Below, in pieces: positions 13,894-41,591 of a stretch of 64,000 bases of DNA. The position numbers were made by a program, and so were the translations under genes. This DNA is from Salpingoeca rosetta (Eukaryota > Protista > Choanoflagellata), in NCBI GenBank assembly GCA_033442325.1, contig JAWQFM010000018.1, positions 760,617 through 824,616 on the forward strand, written 5' to 3'. The first letter of the stretch is position 1. Each line of letters begins with the position of its first letter. Below the pieces are notes generated by a model. That model was not told the DNA's origin. It ran no database searches and saw nothing but the letters and a program-made list of their open reading frames with translations.

Positions 13894-14730
13894 GACAGAG
13901 AGAGAGAGACAGAGAGAGACAGAGAGAGAGAGAGAGAGACAGAGAGACAGAGAGAGACAGAGAGAGAGAGACAGAGAGAGAGAGACAGAGAGACAGAGAG
14001 AGAGAGAGAGACAGAGAGACAGAGAGAAGTGGGGGGAGGGAATGGGGTTGTGCAGTGAGAAGGTGATGTGGGGTGATGCGTGAGAAGGCGAAGGAGAAGG
14101 TGAGTGGACAACGGCATGGTTACGAGGGTGGGGATGAAGCGAAGTGTGGATGAAGAAAAGTGCGGCCCACATGCACGGCACGCACAACGCAGATCAACGC
14201 ACTCCTTCTTCTGCTGCTTTGCCTCCTGCTCTTCTCTCTTGGCAGCGGCGCGCTCCTGAGCCTCCTTCTTCTTGGCTGCTGCCTCTTCGTTCGTCAGCTT
14301 GGGCTTGGGCTTGGCCTGCTTCATCTGCTTCTTGAAGTCCTTCTCGATGGTCTTGGCCTGCTTGCGTTCGTCTGGGGTGAGGGTCTCGAGGAACGCCTTC
14401 TTGTCCTCCTTGTTCTGTTTCAGCGCATCCATCTGCTCCTGGGTTGGCTGGCCCCTGTCAGTTGAGCATACAGAACAAGAGAAGGAAGGTGAGCGTGGAG
14501 GACATGGCAGATGGAGGATATGGAGGATGGAGGACAAAAGCGCAGCGTGAGCAACGGCGACGAGCGTGATGGCGAGAAGTGTGCAGTTGATCATGCAACA
14601 CGCACACACACGCACGCGCACACACACACACACATAAAGAGGTGGCGTTGACGTACTCCACTTGGGGCATGGCTGCGAGGATGTCGCGCCAGCGCGCAAA
14701 CACGTCGTCCGTGTCGCCCTGTACGCTCAT
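13053..14730 (-). CDS. Hypothetical protein (~230 aa, 5 exons) with K/E-rich coiled-coil N-half
   Basis: Phase-consistent GT-AG splicing gives MSVQGDTDD...PQVE|GQPTQEQ...QQKKE|ATARAQTMEKPLQKLCQWLGIK...CFDVL|LPKWLRENEAYLDEYDLDEG|TMTLDADELEMAC...IALVT*. No family recognised. Confidence 0.7.
13584..13678. repeat. Perfect 19-bp minisatellite (CAAATGTAAGTGCTGATCG)x5 inside intron 13491-13694
   Basis: Five identical head-to-tail copies read directly; no spacers. Confidence 0.97.
13843..14027. repeat. (GA)/(GACA) compound microsatellite, intronic
   Basis: Direct reading; similar tracts at about 57734-57842 and 62572-62630. Confidence 0.9.
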
Positions 14731-14816
14731 CTTGGCTGATCGTGTGTGTGTGTGTTGTGGTGAATGTGCAGGTGTCTTGCTTCTCGCTTCCAGTTACAAC
14801 AGCAGTTACGCACTGC

Positions 14817-14829
14817 GACTGAATTCAGG
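14817..14829. promoter_or_regulatory. CTGAATTCAG palindrome about 90 bp upstream of the orphan-gene ATG (14730)
   Basis: Same motif recurs near other start codons (33875, 33902, 55157, 63498). Function inferred. Confidence 0.45.
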
Positions 14830-14918
14830 CGGGACGCTGTACTGTGGTGGAACAAAGAGCCGCAAACACACAGTCACGCGCACACACACACACGCGCGCG
14901 CGCGCGGCACACACACAC

Positions 14919-15018
14919 NNNNNNNNNNNNNNNNNNNNNNNNNNNNNNNNNNNNNNNNNNNNNNNNNNNNNNNNNNNNNNNNNNNNNNNNNNNNNNNNNN
15001 NNNNNNNNNNNNNNNNNN
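14919..15018. other. Assembly gap (100 N)
   Basis: Run of N flanked by (CA)n. Confidence 1.
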
Positions 15019-15029
15019 ACACACACGCG

Positions 15030-15124
<95 letters not shown>

Positions 15125-15144
15125 CGTTGTTGTTTGCTGCTGTT

Positions 15145-23049
<7,905 letters not shown>

Positions 23050-24748
23050 GGTTGTGCGCTGTTCGTCGTCGTGCACAACAGCAGCAGCTTCCGCAAACCG
23101 CCGCGGTCTACGACAGCACAAATAATGTGCAAACTCACACTGCGGAAAAACAAGTTTGATCGTGTTTGAGCGCCGATTGCGCAAATACAATTGAAACGCC
23201 ACCACACAAAATGCGCGTTTCGCTCCACAGGTCTGAAGTGATTATTGGTGGAAGATTTCCACATGATTCCAAAGGAGCTTGGTCAACCGCAAACCCATTT
23301 CGATACAGCGTTGTGTGGTGTTGAGGTTGTGTCGAGCTTGTAGAGTCTGTGGGGCAGATGGACGCCGTCCCACTCGGGTTCAAACCGCGTCTGCACCGCA
23401 TTTTTTCCCACCCCACAAACATACCACCTATTCCAACCAACAGGGGGCGCCACTCTGCCCCACAACCGTCCAACACCTTGCCGACGTTTGTTTGTATTTC
23501 GCAAAGGCACGCCGTCCTGTCCTCCTTGCTTGCTTGACGCGACCTCGCTCTCGCACAACACTCAACCCACCAACCAAACACAAGGCGCAAACGCGAGCAA
23601 CGCACAGCTGCTGTGTGCAGCGAGGCAACCTACCACGCCCTCTTTCCCTCAGCTCTCTGTCTGTCTCTGCCTCTCCCTCCCCCTCTCCCTGCTCGCCCTT
23701 GCGACCTTCGTCACCACATTCCCCAACAGCAATAAATATAAATACAAACACAAACAAAGCACAAACCTTCGGGGCAAGAAGTGGGACACACTGTGTTTAC
23801 TTCTTGTTATGTGTGTGCCTTCGTTGGCGTCCTCCCCTTTCCGTCTGCCTTGCTGATTCTCCCATGCCCCGCCCACCAAAGCACCGAGGTCCGGCATGAT
23901 GACCACAACTGACCCACGAGTTCTCCCATAACCACACCTTGAACACCGCACAACGTGTTGCCGACAGCACGATGTCGACAAACCCCACCCAACAAGCCAG
24001 CCAGCCACCACCACGCACCGACCTACCGCATTGCGTCTGGGTTTGGCTTTGTTTGGCTTGCTTGGCTTTTTGTTTGTTTTCCCCCCCTCCTCCTCCTCGT
24101 TGCACGCTGTTGATGGTGGTGCTGGTGGTGCTGGTGGTGCTGGTGCGGTCTTCTTCTTCTTCTTTTTTTTCGCCTTCCCCCCCTTCCCACCTCTTCCGTT
24201 CGTCTTCACACTGACCGCCATCGCAGTGGCGTCGCTGTCCTTGTTTGTTGTCTCTTCTGCCTCCGCCTTTTCCATTCACGCGTTCTCGCACCTTCCCTCT
24301 CTCCCTCCCACCACCCACCGATCGATCGACCGGCAAGCAAGCGTGTGCATTCTTGCTTCGTGTCCACGGATCCTCTCAGCGCACCCCCCTGCACCAGCTA
24401 GCTGATCCAGCCTCGACCGTGTCTCTCCCTCCCACGCACCTTCCTTCATCCTTCATCCTTGTTGTCAGATCCCGTGTTTGATCCGCGATCCGCGATCCCT
24501 TCCCCCCTCCATTCCCTCCCTGTCCTGTTGTCGATCTCATCACAGCGACAGTCCTCCTTCCACAACATAGTGCCCACTGTCACCGCCCCCCCCCCTCTGC
24601 ATTTGCACTGCGGTTCCTTGTCCTCTCATCGACTTCTTTCTCCATCTCTCAGTTCTCTCTCCCCGCCCCCTCGCCTCTAGTCCCTCCACGTCGTCCTCCT
24701 CTTCGTCGGCAACACCACAACACACCCACCTCGACTGTGTCCCCCACG

Positions 24749-26896
24749 ATGCCGCTCCTGCACTCACAGCATCGCAGCAGCGACGAAGCCACGGGCCGCC
24801 CACCAACGCCCACCAACGACGCTGGCCTGTCTGCCCAGCCACCGGCCTTGCGCCTCAAGGCTCCCCTCCACGAACGTCGCATGGCAAAGCCCCTGAGTGT
24901 TGGCCTCGTCGTTCCCACAAACGCGGAGCAGCGCCGCCCTTCCTTCTCAGACTCGTACCTCTCCCCAATGTCGGCGTCGTCGGCCACCACCTCCGCCCCG
25001 CCCTCTGCCTGGTCGTCGGGGTCCGTGTCGTCTTCCTTGGACAGCACCCCGTACTCCCAGCGGTCAAGTGACGTGTCTGCACTCTCCTCCCCGCCGCAGG
25101 GCTGGGCCAACCCCTCCACCTCAAGCGCAAATTACCCTTCCACGGGCGTCGACTCGAGCTCCCTCGCATCCATCATCAACGACACCTTGCTCGGCGACTT
25201 CTCCTCCCTGCCAACCTCAGGTGCGCCTCGCTTGCATGATTGCTTTGCACCGTCAAAGAAGACCCAGAAGAGGAAGAAGAAGAACTGAAGGAAGAGCGAG
25301 ATGATGAAGAAGATGATGAAGAAGAAGGAAGAGCGAGAGTAAGAAGAAGAACGAAGAGCGATATAATGAAGAAGGAAGAATGATATGTTGATGATGAAAG
25401 AAGATAATCATGAAGTGCCTGCCTATTCTGGTCACCCTTTGACCTGTGTGCTCTCCTTTCCTTTCTTCACTCATTCTCACCATTCCTCTCCCTTGTACAT
25501 AAACACACACACGCCTTTCCCTCACATCTCCAACCAACCAACCAACCAACAGACGACGGCTTTGCGCAGTGGGGCTTGCCGTGCGAAATTAGCAACCCTC
25601 AGCTCAGCAACCTCATGACGCCGGCCTCAGACTACCCACAGCAGCAGCAGCACCACCACCACCAGCATCATCCCGAACACGACGTGATCACCACCACGTC
25701 CTCCTTCTCATCAAGCGCGTTTCCCAGCTTCGCCCACTTTGACAGCGCCGCCACCCCGCTCGCCTCAGTGGACAAGGACAGCTTCGTTGCGCCCCACTTG
25801 TTCCACGACGCTTCAGACCACCCAGGCACAATCAGCAGCACCTCCACGACAACCTGCAACAGCACCAGCGGCGCATACATCTCGAGCAACAACGCCGCCA
25901 GCGGCTGCAGCAGCAGCAGCAGCAGCAACGACGACAAAGGTGATGCCTACAATGTTGGCGGGGACCAAGACAGTGTGCAGGACATACTCCAGTGGCTCAA
26001 GCACGACGCCCCAACGGCAAACCTTGCCCTGCCAACGATGGGGCCCCGCTTCCCCAACGCGCCACCACCAACGCGCAGCCCAAACCACCCGTCATCCTCC
26101 TCCACTTCAACGGGTGATGCCGGCAAGCATCGTGACTCCTCTTCCTCTGCTACCGCGCAGCCACCAATGCTTGCAAGCACTCACCCACGCAGCGGCAGCA
26201 AGCCCGTCGCCAAGCGGCAGCGCCGCAAGTCCGCGGGCAGCAGCAACCCAAAGAACAAGAGCAAGCGCTCATCCTCAGCCTCTACCTCCTCCTCCTCCTC
26301 CTCTTCCCCTGCAAAAGGTCAGGGCAACATCTACAAGAAGCAGTACACAACACCAACCCGCTCGAACCCGCGCCGCACTTCGCACGTGCGGACCCGTGGC
26401 GCCGTCACCACCACCACCACCACCACAGCCAAAATCCAGGACCGTGCCCTCTCTGGCGAAGGGCAGCCGCCCCTCAAGGTGGCCAAGATCGACTCCCGCG
26501 GCTCCTGCAGTGACACCGAGGGTGGTTCTCCGTCTTCCCTCTCCTCCTCCTCATCATCATCTTCTTCTTCGGCATCCACCAGCGCCACTTCCACCAACTT
26601 CACAAGCACGGTGCACAGCGATGCTGCCATGAACTTCTTTGCGGTTCACGCGCAGAGCTGCCCCACCTCCACTATCCCTGCAAAGGATTATGACGTGTAC
26701 TATCCCGAGAACGACAGCAGCGAGGACGAGGACGGGTCCGACGACGACGACGACGACAACGCAATTGACACGGACGATTCTCAGGATGAGGATGAGGAGC
26801 AGCAGGACGACGACGATGACGACGACGAATGGGTGCCTGCAAGCACCGCTCGTCGCAATTCAACAAAGACGAAGAGCACGAGCACGCTGTCGACGG

Positions 26897-26942
<46 letters not shown>

Positions 26943-27126
26943 GAAGAACAAGAAGAAGAAGGCCTCGAAGAAGCGCAAGAGTGCCACCTCCCGCTCGGGT
27001 CGCCCGGGCACCCGGCCCACGTCCTCCAACCAAATTATCTGTCCCATCTGCCACGGCGTCGGCCGCAACAGCAAGCGCAAGTGCGTGCGTGCGTGTGTGT
27101 GTGTGTGTGTGTGTAGTAGTAGTGTA

Positions 27127-27182
<56 letters not shown>

Positions 27183-27804
27183 GAGCCTTTTGCGTTGCCT
27201 TCGCCATTATCTGTGGCTCGCCATGGTTTTCTCCACATGGCTCTCACGTTTGCCCTCTGCTTCTCCTCCCCTGTCTTCACCACCACCAACCAGGATCTGC
27301 GGCATCTGTTACAGTGGCCTGTACAACGATGTCAAGAAGGTGGTCCGGGCAAAGCTGCACTTCCGGCTCGGCAAGGATCCAGTCGCTAACCGCGATGGCC
27401 TCAAGCAAGGTGCGTTCTAAATGCGTTTAGCTGGGATGTTGCCCTATCACACCCATGTGGTGCGGTGTTGGCCGTGCCCATGAAATGTGGGCAACCCTTC
27501 ACGCGCCCACCACACGCCGTTGGCAGCGTGCTTGATCGATTGGTTCCTTATCTTGCTTGCTTTGATTGGGTGTTTGTATTTCATCTCACTGTGTTTACTC
27601 ACCACGCCTCTCACGCCTGATGCGTGTGTTTCATCCATGCCTTCATCAACAGCTCTGAGGAAGCTGCAGCGTGGCTGCAAGCGCAAGTACAAGTGCAAGG
27701 AATCTGCCTGGCGCTACAGCCTTGATCCCGCCGCAAAGTGCACCCGATGCAGAAGCATCCACGTCATCGACGCCATCCCCGACCTGGCCGATATCAGTGC
27801 GTTC

Positions 27805-27885
<81 letters not shown>

Positions 27886-28132
27886 ATGTGTGTGTACATG
27901 TGTGTATGTGTGTATGTGTGTGCATGTGTGCATGTGTGCATGTGTGTGCACATGTGTGTGTTTGTTTGTTTGTATCTTTTTGTGCCCTGCCTTGCCCTGT
28001 CTTGCTTTAGCCTTGTTGCTGCTTCGTCACTGCTCAATTTAATGCTCACTTTGCTCATTCTGGTTTCCTTTTCGCCACCACCTCCCCCCCCCCACTACTT
28101 GCTGCTTTGCAGCCATGTCCTCCTTGTTCTGA
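24749..28132 (+). CDS. S/acidic low-complexity protein with C-terminal 8-Cys double zinc finger; putative transcription factor (exons 24749-25220, 25553-27080, 27294-27409, 27653-27796, 28113-28132)
   Basis: Phase-consistent GTGCG donors and CAG acceptors give CPIC-x11-CGIC-x41-CKRKYKC-x14-CTRCR, preceded by basic KKNKKKKASKKRK. The last exon is uncertain (alternative acceptor at 28137). Confidence 0.75.
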
Positions 28133-29426
28133 GCCAGATCTACCAGCCCATATGAACCAACAGCACTATTTTCCTCCTCCCAAGTCGTCGTCATCCTCCT
28201 CTAACACACTCTCCCTCGTCGTGACACGTGCGTGCAACCGCCCACGTCTCGACCCCCAAGATTGCCAGACGTTCGCTCCTCGTCCTGTGTTATGTTCCTC
28301 TCTACCTCCACGCCCCACGTGTTTGTGTTTTTGTTTGTGTTTGTGCCGTCTGTGGTTTTGACCTTTAGTGAGAGGATTCTTCCATCTGCCTCAGCTCCTT
28401 CCACCTTCTGCTGCTGCTGCTGCTGCTTCATATTTGCTGTTGTTCTTGTGCTGTGACACGCGCGATGGTGGCCGTGTTGTTGCAGTGCACCCATGTACCA
28501 ATACGCGTGAAGTGCACGACATTCAGACGTGCTGGCGTGTGCTCGTGGTGCCGAGCTCCCCACTTCACCTCTTCTCCGTCCCTCCTCCTTGGGGGGAGGG
28601 GGTGCCTCCTTCTTGGGCTGTCGCCCAGTTTGCACTCTCCCTTTGCACCACCTCTCCCAACTTCTTCCCCTGCCCCGTTTCCCAGTCGTGATAGCTGTGT
28701 ATCTGCGTTTTGCCTTCCGTTTCGATGTTCGTTTCACGGCAAACGCATCGCCTATGTGAGTGCTACCGGTTTTGCACTGATCTCGTTTGCAGCGCTGCAC
28801 GTGCTTTTCTACCGCTTGCGCTCGTTCCTGCCGTCTCTTGCGCACACGATTCTCTTGTTCTTGACCCTTTTTCGTTGACCTTTCTTTGATCTCTGCTTTT
28901 CATTCGATTTGATCTCACAATGATGATTTCTCCCCGCGTTACACCCTGCCTTCTTCGGCCATGCTTTCGTTATCACCTGCCATATGCGGCAGACACACCA
29001 CAACACGATTTTGAGTTTCTCTCTTTCTTAGCTTATTTTCTTTTTTCCTTGCCTGCCTTATTTTTGCTTTGTTGGTTCGCGTTGCCGCGATCACACACCA
29101 CGTGCCAGTTGCACGACGCACGAGTGTTCTTCCGTTGCTGGTTTATCTTTGTATTGGGTGTCTGTGCCTCCTCTTAGAACTCTGCACCGTCATTTAGCGC
29201 ATGTGCACATGATTGTGGCAAGTGGGCGTTGCTTTCGTTCCGTAGTTCATTGATGCAACCATTCGGCTTACCCCATTGAAGCAACGACAACAACGACAAC
29301 ATGTGCGTGACTGATGCAAGCGCGAGGCAATGTACCACGAATCCAAGAGGGTTTGTGAGTGTGTGTGTGTGAGTGTGTGTGTGTGTGTGAGTGTGTGTGT
29401 GTGTGTGAGTGTGTGTGTGTGAGTGT

Positions 29427-29502
<76 letters not shown>

Positions 29503-29522
29503 TTTAATTATAATTTTTTTAT

Positions 29523-29622
29523 NNNNNNNNNNNNNNNNNNNNNNNNNNNNNNNNNNNNNNNNNNNNNNNNNNNNNNNNNNNNNNNNNNNNNNNNNNNNNN
29601 NNNNNNNNNNNNNNNNNNNNNN
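29523..29622. other. Assembly gap (100 N)
   Basis: Run of N. Confidence 1.
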
Positions 29623-29681
<59 letters not shown>

Positions 29682-29766
29682 TGCGTGCGCGCGCGTGTAC
29701 AAGAGAACGTGAAGAAGAAAGCGAAGAAGGGATGAGATGGGTGCCATCTACCCGAGCCACACCACG

Positions 29767-30641
29767 TCACAAGCGCGGATATGGGTTGCGCCTCGAGTGT
29801 AGGTGATGGTGCTGCTCCCTGGCCAACCCGTGCTTGTCGTCCGCCTGACCACGCCCCCGATCGTCTCCCCCAATCGCTCCATGACTACTCCCGTGCACTC
29901 GCCCCGGTTCAGCATGCTCCTCGCCCCTTCGTTCTCCAGCACCACCATTGCCACCACCACGGCCACCGCCACGGTTACCACCACGTCCACGTCTGCTGCG
30001 CTGATGTTTGCGGTTGCGGCTCTTCCGTCTCTGCAGGCGATTACCATCGCCGTCACCGCGGTCACCACCACGGCCACCGCCACCATGCCGATCACCGCGG
30101 TCACGATGCACAGCAGCTGCACCACGGTGCTCGCGCTGGCTGTGGCCGTCACCATCCTCTGCATGCCGCTCAAAGTGCTGCGAGTCGCGATGGTGGTGGT
30201 GGCGGGAGTAGCGGTCGAGTGGCTGGGACGGTTGGTGCTGCAGTACATGCTGCTGCTGCTGCTGCCGCTGTTGATGCTGCTGTTGTCGATGCTGGTGCTG
30301 CTGCTGTTGATGCTGCTGCTGCTGTCGATGCTGCAGTACATGCTGTTGATGCTGCTGCTGCTGTCGATGCTGGTGATGCCGCTGTTGCTCAAACTGGAGG
30401 GGCGGCGGGTGTTGTGCATGGTGCACACGCTGCGTGGCGAGGCCACCACCACGCTCCCGTGCTTCGCCCACTGCCACATCACCACGTGGGACTTCGCTCT
30501 GTATCAGCTGCGTCAGGCTGTCTGCCAGGTCATGCACGGTGACGCTTGCCAGCCCCTCTGTCCTCGCCGCAACCTGCAGACCTTGGTCGTTCGTCAGCAG
30601 CAGCGCCTTGTCAAACTGCAGCGGGTTGTGTGTGTGTGTGC

Positions 30642-30698
<57 letters not shown>

Positions 30699-30703
30699 CG
30701 TGC

Positions 30704-30747
<44 letters not shown>

Positions 30748-32593
30748 CACACAACGATCAGCCAGTGCATGTGGTCGAGGTGCGATTCACTCTACTTGAC
30801 CGCCACACACACACACATTAACGCACATACACGCACACACACACATGTGCACACACACATGTACACACTCACTCACACACACACACACCTACCTTTGGTC
30901 TCGCAAGGCGTTGTTTTGCAAACAGGGCACACTCCATGATTCGATGGTCATTTGTCAATTGCTTCTGCTCCCACTTGGCAAACACCTGTGGCAGGTGGAT
31001 GGTGTGTACGTGCATGCAACAGGGAAGGTGAACAACAGCACCGCAGTCTTTCTCTTCACAGCCTTGAACACGAGTTATGTTTGCTGCTGCAGCAACAACA
31101 ACAACAGCAGCATCATCATCAACAGCAGCACGATGGGCCTTACCCGGTCCTGTACGCGTTGCACTTGCACCTGTGGATCCTGTCGCTCCAGCCGCCGACG
31201 CAAGAACCGAATAAACGAGCGAGCATGGTACCCGCGCTCAGTGTTGTTCTCCTGCAGTGCCGCGTGGTGCGTGTTGCACCGCGAGTTGGATGTTGGGCGT
31301 GATAATGGACGTGTGGGAATGAATGTGAGGTGATGGCCGGGTGTTTGAGTCGATGGCACAGGATGCAGTGGCAAACTGCGAGTGATCAAGGGTTCTTGAG
31401 ATTGTGGCAGAGGAAGAAATATTGACTTGAGAACATTCACACACACACGTACACACACACACGTACACACACACACACACGTACACACACACACACACAC
31501 ACACGTACACACACACACACACACACACACACGCACGCACGCACACATGCACACACACACACACACGCACACATGTACACACACACACATGTACACAAAC
31601 GCACATGCACACACACACCTTCATGCGCTCGAGCTCCTTCATGACGATGCGCGGGACGATGATCACAAGTGATCGGTACCAGTCCAGCAGCTGCAGCAGC
31701 GTTGTTACATCCTACACTCACACGCGCGCGCGCACACACAAACAGTGGCAACGGTTTTAACTTGTGCAGCACGCGAGAAGAGGGCAGAACGACGCTGGAT
31801 TCAGCACACGACCCACACACACCCACACACACCCACACACCCACACCCCCCCCCCCACACACACACACGCAACTGACCATTGGGTTGAGGGCGATGCACG
31901 TGTCGATGACAGCGAAAACGGTGCTGACGTCCAGCTGCGGGTTGATGCGCGCACGTGCGCTGGAAGGACTCGCCAGTTTTCCTTTGGACAGCGCGCTCGC
32001 CAGCGTATGCTCCGCAGCCAGGGGCGGAGGTGGCGGCGCACTGCGCTGTTGCTGTTGGTGTTGCGGTTGCTGTTGGGTGTGGTGTTCGTGTGGATACCGT
32101 TGCTGGCGCTGCTGTTCGTGCGTGTATTCTCCCTGCTGCTGCTGCTGCTGCTGCCCCTCCCCATAATCTGGCATGAGAAGGTGCGACCTTGGCTGGTGGT
32201 GGTGGATTTCACGGCGTGTTGCATGGGTGGCGCTGCGTGTCATTGATGGCGACACAGTGCCCGTCTCCCTGAGCCGTTGCGTCCGCACAAGCTGTGGCAG
32301 GGGTGAAGAGGTCATTTCTCCTCCACCGATCGCGGAGTGCGACAACCCCTGTGACCGTTGCTGCTGCTGCTGCTGCTGCTGCTGGACGGATTCTTCGTGT
32401 TGCATGGCACTTCGAAGCGGCGACAGCGAAATCCCAGCAAACATCGTGTTGAGTGTCTCTGCGAGGGCACGTGCATAGTCATGTACGTGTGATACACATG
32501 CAATTGGGTGAGAACAGAGGCGACAGCCTTTTAGACTCTCCAATGCGTCCACAACGGATGAGCCAACACGAGAGGCCTGTTTCTGACTCATCA

Positions 32594-32660
<67 letters not shown>

Positions 32661-33756
32661 GCTAACCTGCATTTGGGTCTTGGCGCTTGAGGTGCTGCAG
32701 GAGGAGGTCTGTGTTTCTGAGGAGGGACGCGGGCGCATTGTTGAGCTTGGGGCACTCGCGGAACCACAGTGCTGTCAGCGTGCCCGCTATTCTCCACAGC
32801 GACACGGGCAGCGATTTCAGGTGCGGCTGCGTACCAATACCAAGTTCGCGCAGGCTCTTCAAGTCGCCAAGCTGTTCGGGCAGCTGTACCAAGTGGTTGT
32901 CGTCGACGTTCAGCACCTGCAGTCGGTGACACTGCGTGATGGTGGTCGGCAGCGCTGTCAATGCGTTGTGGCTCACGTCCACGACTTGGAGGCGCGGCAA
33001 GGTGTGCAGGGCATCTGGGAGGGTCTGCAGGCTGTTGTGCTTGGCGGAGAGCCGCCGCAGCTGCGTCAGGCACGTCAGCTCATCAGGGAGCGAGCACAGC
33101 CTGTTGCGGTCCAGCACCAAGTTCTGCAGTAGAGCAATGGGCACGGGGTCGCTGAGCCAGCTCACACCATAGCCGACAGTGCGCGGGAAGTAGGCGAGGT
33201 TGTTGTCGCTGAAGTCGGCCGTGAATGTCGTGCGTGCAGCCAGCATGGCCTTGTGAATGAGGGCATGCTCATCCTCAATCATGCTCGCCTGTGCCTGTGC
33301 TGTGGCCTGCAACACGTCTTGCTGGATCAGTTCATACTGCTCTTGTTGTTGCTGTTGTGGTGCTTGTTCTTCCCGCTCTTGTTTCTGTCGCTGCTCCTCT
33401 TGTTTTTGTTGCTGTTCCTGGTGGTGGAATTCAGGGACATGCTCACTGTCACCCCCATCATCAGTCTCATCATCTCCCACGACAGGCCTTTGTCCAACAC
33501 CAACGCTGTCCTCAACTTCCAGCCCCTCCACCTCTCGCTCTTCTCCTTGCTCTTCTCCTTGCTCTTCTCCTTGCTCTTCTTCTAGTTCGTTATTTGCTTG
33601 CTGCTGGATGTGGGCGACAATGGCGCGAATGATGTCTGCTTTGACACCTTTTGGAGGGCAGCATTTCGGCCAACCAACACCGGGCTGCTTGATCCCAAGG
33701 TCCACCGCCAGCTCCTGCAACTCAACCTTGCTCTTCTCTTCCAACTCAACCTCCAT
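29767..33756 (-). CDS. LRR + PIN (SWT1/PIN_4-like) endoribonuclease with RGG-rich tail, 6 exons
   Basis: Exon 1 (33756-32667) has about 6 LxxLxLxxNxLxxLP repeats. Later exons give [45 protein letters not shown] and [13 protein letters not shown], the PIN motif series. Confidence 0.8.
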
Positions 33757-33874
33757 CGTGTGTCACGACAGCGTCGGCGTTGTGGCAGCAACACAAAACA
33801 GTTCACTGACTGACTGTGCCACAGTGCAAGTGCAAAGTGTTTTCTCTTATTTCCTCCGCGAAAAAACGGTAACG

Positions 33875-33909
33875 ACTGAATTCAGTGAACCATGTACTCT
33901 AGACTGAAA

Positions 33910-33915
<6 letters not shown>
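33875..33915. promoter_or_regulatory. Two ACTGANNTCAGT palindromes upstream of the LRR-PIN ATG
   Basis: ACTGAATTCAGT at 33875-33886 and GACTGAAATCAGTC at 33902-33915. The second overlaps the stop codon of the upstream GAR gene. Confidence 0.5.
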
Positions 33916-41310
<7,395 letters not shown>

Positions 41311-41591
41311 GGCGGAAGGGAGCAGGTGGTCTCGACTGCTGTGGACTGCTGTGGTCTGGACTGCTGTGGTTGCTTGTTGGTCAGTCGGTCAGTTGAGCCG
41401 TGTTGTGTTGTTTTGTTGGCGGTGGAGAGGCACGAACGAAAAACGCAAGCACAAAGCAAGCAAGCAAGAAGGAAGAAGACGAAGACGAAGAAGAAGAAAG
41501 TGCGTGCATTGTCAGCAACGCCAACCAACAGACACCACCGCTATCTTCCCATCACACGCACACACACACAAGCAACACACGTGCAGTGGGC

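Noticed and set aside
25258-25400. Purine-rich GAA tract that translates as an acidic peptide
   Set aside because: It lies inside a phase-consistent intron (25221-25552), has stops and lacks clear splice sites.
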